Below are positions 17,603 through 24,000 of a stretch of 24,000 nucleotides of DNA, one piece after another. The first letter of the stretch is position 1. Each line of letters starts with the position of its first letter. Both the position numbers and the translations under genes were made by a program. The notes under the pieces are model-generated. The model had not been told where the DNA came from. It did no database searches and worked only from the letters and a program-made list of their open reading frames with translations. This DNA comes from Acholeplasmatales bacterium (lineage in GTDB: Bacteria > Bacillota_I > Bacilli_A > Acholeplasmatales > Acholeplasmataceae), in the NCBI GenBank assembly GCA_031284585.1, contig JAITXT010000022.1, positions 13,823-37,822 of the forward strand, given 5' to 3'.

Positions 17603-18116
17603 ATTTACGACCTCCAATTACAACTCCTCTTAATTCTTCAACTGTCTCTTTTGTTCTAAGATTAGCTATTCCATTAAAAGTAGCTCTAACAACATTAATG
17701 TGATTAGAAGAGCCTAAAGATTTAGAAAGCACATCTGATACACCAGCAAGTTCAAATACTTTTCTCACTGCACCACCAGCAATTATTCCAGTACCTTGGC
17801 TTGCAGGTTTTAAAAATACACTGCTAGCTCCAAAAATACCAGTAATTTCATGTGGAATTGTATCTCCTACTAGAGGAATTCTCACAACTTTACCCTTAGC
17901 ATCTTCAATTGCTTTTTTGATAGCATCTGGAACTTCTTTTGCTTTTCCAGTACCAAAACCAACTCTACCTTTCTTATCACCAATAATTACTAAAGCTGCA
18001 AAACGTAAACGTCTTCCACCTTTAACAACTTTTGTAATTCTATTAATGGATACAACAACCTCTTCAAATTCCTTTGCAGGTTCTTCGGAATCTCTATCGA
18101 ATTTTCTTTCTGCCAT
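17589..18116 (-). CDS. rpsE: 30S ribosomal protein S5
   Basis: [40 protein letters not shown]...[31 protein letters not shown]; TGA stop overlaps the rpmD start. Confidence 0.98.
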   Translation of the reverse strand: MAERKFDRDSEEPAKEFEEVVVSINRITKVVKGGRRLRFAALVIIGDKKGRVGFGTGKAKEVPDAIKKAIEDAKGKVVRIPLVGDTIPHEITGIFGASSVFLKPASQGTGIIAGGAVRKVFELAGVSDVLSKSLGSSNHINVVRATFNGIANLRTKETVEELRGVVIGGRKYGTN

Positions 18117-18125
18117 TCTGACCTC

Positions 18126-18479
18126 CTAAAATATTAAGCCTGCTTCACGAGCAGCTTCAGCAAATGCTTTAATTTTTCCATGGTACAAATATCCAGCACG
18201 ATCAAATACAACTTTAGTTATTCCAGTCTTAACAGCTTTTTCAGCAATTAATTTACCAACTGCTTTAGATGTTTCGATATTTGAATGAGTAAGATTTAAT
18301 TCTTTACTATTAGCACTAACCAAAGTATGATGAATAGTATCATCAATAATTTGTCCATAAATCGCAGTGTTAGAACGATAAACAACCAAGCGAGGTCTGG
18401 AAGCGGAACCAATAATTGTTTGTCTAATACGCAAATGTCTTTTTAAACGAGTATCGTTTTTTGATTCTTTTTTAAACAT
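18126..18479 (-). CDS. rplR: 50S ribosomal protein L18
   Basis: RLKRHLRIRQTIIGSASRPRLVVYRSNTAIYGQIIDD...FDRAGYLYHGKIKAFAEAAREAGLIF. Confidence 0.97.
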   Translation of the reverse strand: MFKKESKNDTRLKRHLRIRQTIIGSASRPRLVVYRSNTAIYGQIIDDTIHHTLVSANSKELNLTHSNIETSKAVGKLIAEKAVKTGITKVVFDRAGYLYHGKIKAFAEAAREAGLIF

Positions 18480-18490
18480 TTCCCATCCTC

Positions 18491-19030
18491 CTATCTAGAT
18501 GTCTTTCCAGCTTTTCTAGGAACAAATTCATCAACATAACGAATTCCTTTCCCTAGATATGGTTCTGGCTTTCTAACTTTTCTAATTTGTGCGGCAAACT
18601 CACCCACAACTTGTTTATCAATTCCTTCAACAACCAAATTTACATTTTTTTCAACTACAACGCTAGAAAATGGAGGAATAGTCAATTCAACAGGATGTGA
18701 ATAACCCATATTTAATACTAATTTTGGTCCTTGAACGCTTGCTCTATAACCAACACCTCTAATTTCAAGTGCTTTTTTAAAACCAGTTGAAACTCCAATA
18801 ACCATGTTGTTCAATAAAGCTCTAGTTGTTCCATGAATTTTCCTTGAAAATATTTCATCGTTTGGTCTAGAAATCTTTATAGTATTTCCATCTTTATTAA
18901 TTGAAAGAATAGAAGTAAACTTATAAGATAATTCGCCTTTAGGTCCTTTTACAACAACATTGTTATCATCTTCTACTGAAACAGTAACTCCAGCAGGAAT
19001 AATAATAATTTTATTACCAACTCTTGACAT
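18491..19030 (-). CDS. rplF: 50S ribosomal protein L6
   Basis: [36 protein letters not shown]...[26 protein letters not shown]. Confidence 0.97.
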   Translation of the reverse strand: MSRVGNKIIIIPAGVTVSVEDDNNVVVKGPKGELSYKFTSILSINKDGNTIKISRPNDEIFSRKIHGTTRALLNNMVIGVSTGFKKALEIRGVGYRASVQGPKLVLNMGYSHPVELTIPPFSSVVVEKNVNLVVEGIDKQVVGEFAAQIRKVRKPEPYLGKGIRYVDEFVPRKAGKTSR

Positions 19031-19039
19031 ATTGACCTC

Positions 19040-19444
19040 CTACCACAAGTAAGCGAGAACTTCGCCACCAATGGATTTTGCTCTTGCTTCTGCATCAGTT
19101 AAGATACCTTTAGAAGTAGAAATCAAAGCAACTCCAAGACCGTTTAAAACTCTAGGTAATTGTTCAGCGGATGCATAAACACGTAATCCGGGTTTAGAAA
19201 TTCTTTTTAATCCTTGTATTACACGTTCATTCGTTGTAGTATACTTCAAAGTAACTACTATCTTTGAAAACTTAGAGTCTTTTTCTTTGACTACATCATA
19301 TTTTTGAATAAAACCTTCTTTAAGGATTACATCTAAAATACTTAATTTAATTTTTGAATATGGAATATCAACTGTATGAATACGAACTTTATTCGCATTT
19401 CTAATTCTAGTTAATAAATCCGCAATTGGATCACTTAAACTCAT
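19040..19444 (-). CDS. rpsH: 30S ribosomal protein S8
   Basis: [32 protein letters not shown]...[34 protein letters not shown]. Confidence 0.97.
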   Translation of the reverse strand: MSLSDPIADLLTRIRNANKVRIHTVDIPYSKIKLSILDVILKEGFIQKYDVVKEKDSKFSKIVVTLKYTTTNERVIQGLKRISKPGLRVYASAEQLPRVLNGLGVALISTSKGILTDAEARAKSIGGEVLAYLW

Positions 19445-19459
19445 AGCTATAATCCTCCC

Positions 19460-19729
19460 TTACCAGCTTGCTTTCTTAACGCCAGGAATTTCACCTTTTG
19501 AAGCCAATTCACGAAAGTGAATTCTAGAAAGACCAAACTTTCTAATATAACCTCTTGGACGTCCATCAAGCGAATCTCTATTTCTTAATCTCGTTGGAGA
19601 TGCATTTCTTGGTAGTAATGATAATGCTTTATAATCACCACGTTCTTTTAAATCACGTCTAATCTCTGCATATCTTGCTACAATAACTTTTCTTTGAGCT
19701 TCTTTTGCAATTTTACTTTTTTTAGCCAT
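19460..19729 (-). CDS. rpsN: 30S ribosomal protein S14, long zinc-less (C-) form
   Basis: [89 protein letters not shown] (89 aa, no cysteines). Confidence 0.97.
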   Translation of the reverse strand: MAKKSKIAKEAQRKVIVARYAEIRRDLKERGDYKALSLLPRNASPTRLRNRDSLDGRPRGYIRKFGLSRIHFRELASKGEIPGVKKASW

Positions 19730-19737
19730 TTCTGCAC

Positions 19738-20277
19738 CTACTTTCTAAAAGGCAAACCTAATTTTTTTAGGAGTGCTTTAGCTTCTTTATCTGTATTAGC
19801 GGTAGTTACAATAACTACATCCATACCTCTAATTTTCTTAACTTTATCTAAACTTATTTCAGGAAAGATAATTTGTTCTTTTAAACCAAGAGAATAGTTT
19901 CCTCTGCCATCAAAAGCATTAGATGAAATTCCTCTGAAATCTCTTACACGCGGAAGAACAACTGATACTAATTTTTCTAAGAAAAAGTACATTTTGTCTT
20001 TTCTAAGTGTAACTTTAACTCCAATAGGCATACCTTCACGAAGTTTAAAGTTTGAAATTGACTTACGTGCTTTTGTAATTACTGGTTTTTGTCCTGTAAT
20101 TAAAGTAATTTCATCAACAACATCATCAAGAACTTTACTGTTTTGAACTGCGTCGCCACAACCAACATTAATGACAATTTTATCAATCTTTGGAACTTCC
20201 ATTATTGAGGAATAATTAAATTCAGACAATAATTCTTTTACTACAACTGTAGAATACTTTTCTTTTATTGTACTCAT
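19738..20277 (-). CDS. rplE: 50S ribosomal protein L5
   Basis: [17 protein letters not shown]...[33 protein letters not shown]...[32 protein letters not shown]. Confidence 0.97.
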   Translation of the reverse strand: MSTIKEKYSTVVVKELLSEFNYSSIMEVPKIDKIVINVGCGDAVQNSKVLDDVVDEITLITGQKPVITKARKSISNFKLREGMPIGVKVTLRKDKMYFFLEKLVSVVLPRVRDFRGISSNAFDGRGNYSLGLKEQIIFPEISLDKVKKIRGMDVVIVTTANTDKEAKALLKKLGLPFRK

Positions 20278-20732
20278 TCTTTAACTTCCTCCTTCTTTTT
20301 CTTTGAAACTTTCTTTTCTTTGGCAACAGGAGCAGTTTCTTCAATTTTAGGAGTAGCTTTCTTACTTACTGCTTTTTTAGAAACTTTATCAAGTAATTCC
20401 CCGCTCTTTTTAGCGAATCTTACTTTTTGCCCGTCTACAAATTTATAACCAACTTTTGTAGGAACTCCTAATTTAGGATCAACGATAGCAACGTTGCTAA
20501 TATGAATTGGAGCCTCTATTTCAATAATTTTACCTTTTTCATTTTCACGTTGAGGTCTTTCAGTTTTTTTAATTAGATTGAATCCTTCAATAACAACTTT
20601 GTTTAATTTAGGATAAACTTTAATAATTTTACCAGTTTTAAGAGTTTTTACACCTTTTTTATCAACTTGATAACGATCAACTTCGTCACCACCGTAAATC
20701 AAACAAACAAGATCACCTTTTTTTATTTTCAT
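20274..20732 (-). CDS. rplX: 50S ribosomal protein L24 with basic C-terminal extension
   Basis: [15 protein letters not shown]...[30 protein letters not shown]...[17 protein letters not shown]-like core ([42 protein letters not shown]). Confidence 0.93.
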   Translation of the reverse strand: MKIKKGDLVCLIYGGDEVDRYQVDKKGVKTLKTGKIIKVYPKLNKVVIEGFNLIKKTERPQRENEKGKIIEIEAPIHISNVAIVDPKLGVPTKVGYKFVDGQKVRFAKKSGELLDKVSKKAVSKKATPKIEETAPVAKEKKVSKKKKEEVKE

Positions 20733-20742
20733 ATTAATCCTC

Positions 20743-21111
20743 CTACAATACTTCAGGAGCGAGAGATACTATTTTCATAAAACTCTTTTCACGAAGTTCT
20801 CTAGCAACTGGTCCGAAAATTCTTGTCCCTTTAGGATTTAAATCTTCTTTAATAATGACAGCAGCATTATCGTCAAATTTAATATATGAACCATCAACTC
20901 TATGAAGCCCACTAACTGTTCTAACTATAACTGCTTTACAAACTTCGCCTTTTTTAACAAGTCCAGCTGGAGTTGCTTTCTTTACAGTAACAACTACAAC
21001 ATCTCCGATGTTTGCATATCTACGTCTTGTTCCACCAAGTACTTTAATAACAAGTAGTTCTTTCGCACCACTGTTATCAGCAACATTTAATCTAGTTTCT
21101 GCCTGAATCAT
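20743..21111 (-). CDS. rplN: 50S ribosomal protein L14
   Basis: [44 protein letters not shown]...[26 protein letters not shown]. Confidence 0.98.
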   Translation of the reverse strand: MIQAETRLNVADNSGAKELLVIKVLGGTRRRYANIGDVVVVTVKKATPAGLVKKGEVCKAVIVRTVSGLHRVDGSYIKFDDNAAVIIKEDLNPKGTRIFGPVARELREKSFMKIVSLAPEVL

Positions 21112-21124
21112 TTCATTTTCCTCC

Positions 21125-21385
21125 CTAGACTATTTCCGCTTTTTTAACTACAGCGACCAAACGAAATCTTTTAGATTTGGAAAGTGGTCTAGTTTCTGTA
21201 ATTTTTACAGTATCACCGATATGTGCTAAACCTTCCTCGTCATGAGCATGCAATTTAGTAGTAACTTTAACTCTCTTTGCATATAAAGGAGATTTTTTAA
21301 AGGTATCAACTGCTACAGTAATTGTTTTATCCATTTTATCAGAAGTTACAATACCAACAAAACTCTTTCGATTATTTCTTTCCAT
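21125..21385 (-). CDS. rpsQ: 30S ribosomal protein S17
   Basis: [47 protein letters not shown]...[25 protein letters not shown]. Confidence 0.97.
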   Translation of the reverse strand: MERNNRKSFVGIVTSDKMDKTITVAVDTFKKSPLYAKRVKVTTKLHAHDEEGLAHIGDTVKITETRPLSKSKRFRLVAVVKKAEIV

Positions 21386-21593
21386 CTTCTATCACCTCTT
21401 GGTTACTCAATTCTCTTTCGCGTTGGATTGTTTTTACTTGAGCAATTTCATTTTTAACTCTACCAATTGAAGAAGTATTTTCTAATTGACCAACAGCTAA
21501 TTGAAATCGTAAATCAAACAATTCTTTTTTTAACTCGGCGATTTTCTTTACTAAATCTTCATCAACTTGTTTTCTAATTTCTTCAGTTCTCAT
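21372..21593 (-). CDS. rpmC: 50S ribosomal protein L29
   Basis: [57 protein letters not shown]. Confidence 0.96.
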   Translation of the reverse strand: MRTEEIRKQVDEDLVKKIAELKKELFDLRFQLAVGQLENTSSIGRVKNEIAQVKTIQRERELSNQEVIEDGKK

Positions 21594-22015
21594 TGTGCAT
21601 CACCTCGTTTAACAATTCTTGTTCTTACAGGAAGTTTATGAGAGGCAAGACGAAGTGCTTCTTTAGCAATTTCTTCTGAAACTCCAGCTACTTCAAACAT
21701 TATCTTACCAACTTTAACAACAGCAACATAATGATCAGGAGCACCTTTACCACTACCCATACGAACTTCGGCAGGTTTTTTAGTCATATGCATGTGAGGG
21801 AAAATGTCAATCCAAACCTTTCCTATTCTCTTCATATGTCTAGTAATCGCAACTCTCGCAGCTTCAATTTGTTTAGAAGTTACCCAAGCACCATCTAATG
21901 ATATAAGCGCAAAGTCACCATTTAATATCTCGTTTCTTCCTTTTACATGCCCTTCATATGAAACTCTATGAGGACGACGAAACTTTTGGGGTTTTCTAGG
22001 CTCTATAGCGGCCAT
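21590..22015 (-). CDS. rplP: 50S ribosomal protein L16
   Basis: [16 protein letters not shown]...[72 protein letters not shown]. Confidence 0.97.
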   Translation of the reverse strand: MAAIEPRKPQKFRRPHRVSYEGHVKGRNEILNGDFALISLDGAWVTSKQIEAARVAITRHMKRIGKVWIDIFPHMHMTKKPAEVRMGSGKGAPDHYVAVVKVGKIMFEVAGVSEEIAKEALRLASHKLPVRTRIVKRGDAQ

Positions 22016-22017
22016 AA

Positions 22018-22839
22018 TTATTTTCCTCCCTTATTATCTCTATATGATGGCTTTTTGTTTCCTCTATCAGAAGTTTTATTTTCTTGACGGAAAGGGTTTG
22101 GATTAGAATTTCTTTCTCTAACTTCAACTTTTCTTACTGTTCCCCTTGGAACATCACCATCATAAATCCACACTTTAACACCTAATATTCCATAGGTTGT
22201 TAGTGCTTCTGCAGTTGCGTAATCAATATTTGCCTTTAAAGTATGCAATGGAACTCTACCTTCAGAATATCCTTCGCTTCTAGCAATTTCAGCACCGTTT
22301 AATCTTCCAGATACCAAAGTTTTTATTCCAAGAGCACCTGCTTTACGTGCTTTTAGAATTGCCATCTTTTGAGCTCTTCTAAAAGAACCTCTTTTTTCTA
22401 ATTGATCAGCAATTGATCTTGCAACAATTGAAGCAATTTTATCACTATATTTAACTTCGAAAACTTTTATATTAACAGTTTTCTTCGTTAATTTTTCTAG
22501 TTTTTCTGTCAATTCTTTTTTAGTTTCACCACCAGCACCAACAACAGCACCTGGTCTAGCAGTATAAATAGAAATAATTACAGATTGCCCTTTCTCTTCA
22601 GATTCTGATCTTTCGATCTCGATATGACTTATTGAAAAACCTCTAAAATCAATTTTTTTATCTTTGATTTTTTCTAGTTTCTTTGCCATAATAACTTCAA
22701 AGTCTTTATTAATAAATTTTCTTATAATTGCATCTTCTTTAACGAATGCAGGAACATCTTTAGGTTTTGCAAACCATTTAGAATCCCAATTTCTAACAAT
22801 CCCTAAACGAAGACCAATTGGACTAACTTTTTGACCCAT
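22018..22839 (-). CDS. rpsC: 30S ribosomal protein S3
   Basis: [24 protein letters not shown]...KH domain...[54 protein letters not shown]; start corrected to 22839. Confidence 0.97.
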   Translation of the reverse strand: MGQKVSPIGLRLGIVRNWDSKWFAKPKDVPAFVKEDAIIRKFINKDFEVIMAKKLEKIKDKKIDFRGFSISHIEIERSESEEKGQSVIISIYTARPGAVVGAGGETKKELTEKLEKLTKKTVNIKVFEVKYSDKIASIVARSIADQLEKRGSFRRAQKMAILKARKAGALGIKTLVSGRLNGAEIARSEGYSEGRVPLHTLKANIDYATAEALTTYGILGVKVWIYDGDVPRGTVRKVEVRERNSNPNPFRQENKTSDRGNKKPSYRDNKGGK

Positions 22840-22849
22840 ATAATTACCT

Positions 22850-23185
22850 CTATTCCTTTGAAGCCACAACTACTGTAATGTGACTTGTTCTTTTACGTAA
22901 TAAATTCGCAGAACCTTTTGCTCTCGGCAAAGTTCTTTTCATTGTAACGCCTTCTCCAACATAGCATTCTGAAACAATTAAATTTGCTTCATCTTGTCCA
23001 TCGTTATTAACTGCATTAGCAACCGCGCTATTTAATACTTTGGAAATAAGTGGGCTAGCAGCTCTTGGAGTAAACATTAAGATTGCTCTAGCTTCTTTAA
23101 TACCTTTTCCACGAATGAGGTCAATGACTAATCTTACTTTTCTTGGAGCTATACGCACCGTACGTGCAATTGCTTTCGATTCCAT
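22850..23185 (-). CDS. rplV: 50S ribosomal protein L22
   Basis: [54 protein letters not shown]...[25 protein letters not shown]. Confidence 0.97.
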   Translation of the reverse strand: MESKAIARTVRIAPRKVRLVIDLIRGKGIKEARAILMFTPRAASPLISKVLNSAVANAVNNDGQDEANLIVSECYVGEGVTMKRTLPRAKGSANLLRKRTSHITVVVASKE

Positions 23186-23187
23186 AA

Positions 23188-23469
23188 TTATTTCCTCACT
23201 ACTTTCTTATCGTCTTTATCATGCCCACGATAAGTTCTTGTTGGTGCAAATTCACCTAACTTATGTCCAACTAAATCTTCAGTAATATATACTGGAACAT
23301 GTTTTTTTCCATTATATACAGCTATTGTATGTCCAACCATTTCAGGGAAAATAGTTGAGCGTCTTGACCAAGTTTGAATAACTTTTTTTTCATTTAAGTC
23401 TTTTTGTTTCAATATTTTATTTAATAAATGTTGATCACAAAATGGTCCTTTTTTTAATGAGCGTCCCAT
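23188..23469 (-). CDS. rpsS: 30S ribosomal protein S19
   Basis: [19 protein letters not shown]...[54 protein letters not shown]. Confidence 0.98.
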   Translation of the reverse strand: MGRSLKKGPFCDQHLLNKILKQKDLNEKKVIQTWSRRSTIFPEMVGHTIAVYNGKKHVPVYITEDLVGHKLGEFAPTRTYRGHDKDDKKVVRK

Positions 23470-23478
23470 ATTCTCCTC

Positions 23479-24000
23479 CTATCCTTTTCTTCCACGAACA
23501 ATTAACTTATTCGAAGATTTCTTGCTATCTCTAGTCTTAACTCCACGAGCTTTTTTACCCCAAGGAGTCATTGGAGATTTTCTTCCAATTGGAGCTTTAC
23601 CTTCACCACCACCATGAGGATGGTCGTTAGGATTCATAACTGATCCTCTAACCGTAGGTCTTATTCCACGATATCTATTTCTTCCAGCTTTACCCCAGTT
23701 AACTAATTCCCACTCTTCGTTACCAACAACACCAATTGTTGCACGACATCTACCCAATACTTTTCTAACTTCACCAGATTGTAATCTTAGAAGAACATAT
23801 TTTTCTTCACGACCAAGTATCTGCGCGCTAGTTCCTGCGGATCTCGCAATCTTACCACCATTTCCTGGAGATAATTCAATGTTATGTACAATAGTACCAA
23901 CAGGAATATTTTCTAAAGGCAACGCATTTCCTACTTTGATATCTGTCTGTAAACCAGAATAGATATCCATACCAACAACTAGTCCTTTTGGAGCAAGTAT
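23479..24000 (-). CDS. rplB: 50S ribosomal protein L2, 5' end truncated by the window edge
   Basis: Reading frame is open to the edge: ...[60 protein letters not shown]...[43 protein letters not shown]. The track ORF starting at 23970 is an internal Met. Confidence 0.97.
   Translation of the reverse strand: MLAPKGLVVGMDIYSGLQTDIKVGNALPLENIPVGTIVHNIELSPGNGGKIARSAGTSAQILGREEKYVLLRLQSGEVRKVLGRCRATIGVVGNEEWELVNWGKAGRNRYRGIRPTVRGSVMNPNDHPHGGGEGKAPIGRKSPMTPWGKKARGVKTRDSKKSSNKLIVRGRKG

Noticed and set aside
17917-18129. Plus-strand 70-aa ORF
   Set aside because: Antisense to rpsE.
19694-19897. Plus-strand 67-aa ORF
   Set aside because: Antisense to rpsN/rplE.
22840-22869. N-terminal extension of S3 ([10 protein letters not shown])
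   Set aside because: The conserved MGQKVSPIG start at 22839 with a GAGGT SD is preferred; the extension overlaps the end of rplV.
23040-23285. Plus-strand 81-aa ORF
   Set aside because: Antisense to rplV/rpsS.
1-24000. Use of genetic code 4 (UGA = Trp), expected for many Mollicutes
   Set aside because: rpsE and secY end at UGA exactly where conserved homology ends, and tryptophans in the frames examined are UGG. The standard bacterial code fits.

Overview
This is an AT-rich, low-GC Firmicutes/Mollicutes-like chromosomal window. UGA acts as a stop (rpsE and secY both end in TGA), so it is not genetic code 4. The right half (about 11.6-24.0 kb, minus strand) is a canonical S10-spc-alpha ribosomal operon: rplB(partial)-rpsS-rplV-rpsC-rplP-rpmC-rpsQ-rplN-rplX-rplE-rpsN-rpsH-rplF-rplR-rpsE-rpmD-rplO-secY-adk-map-infA-rpmJ-rpsM-rpsK-rpoA-rplQ. 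It includes an rpmJ missing from the supplied ORF track. The left half carries a 3'-truncated ABC sugar-binding lipoprotein downstream of a GH43-type glycosidase, a divergent Ig-like/InlB-repeat lipoprotein, a heterodimeric ABC exporter pair, a DUF2779-like protein that appears to combine Cas4/RecB-like and DEDD-exonuclease-like regions, and pepT. pepT converges on the ribosomal operon at a perfect 13-bp bidirectional terminator hairpin. I found no convincing new multi-gene system, CRISPR array, mobile element or structural RNA. The most interesting points are the two-nuclease-like DUF2779 protein, the cysteine-free L36 and S14 within the main operon, the acidic C-terminal extension on RpoA, the basic tail on L24, an insertion in IF-1, and the uncharacterised C-terminal domain of the Ig-like lipoprotein.
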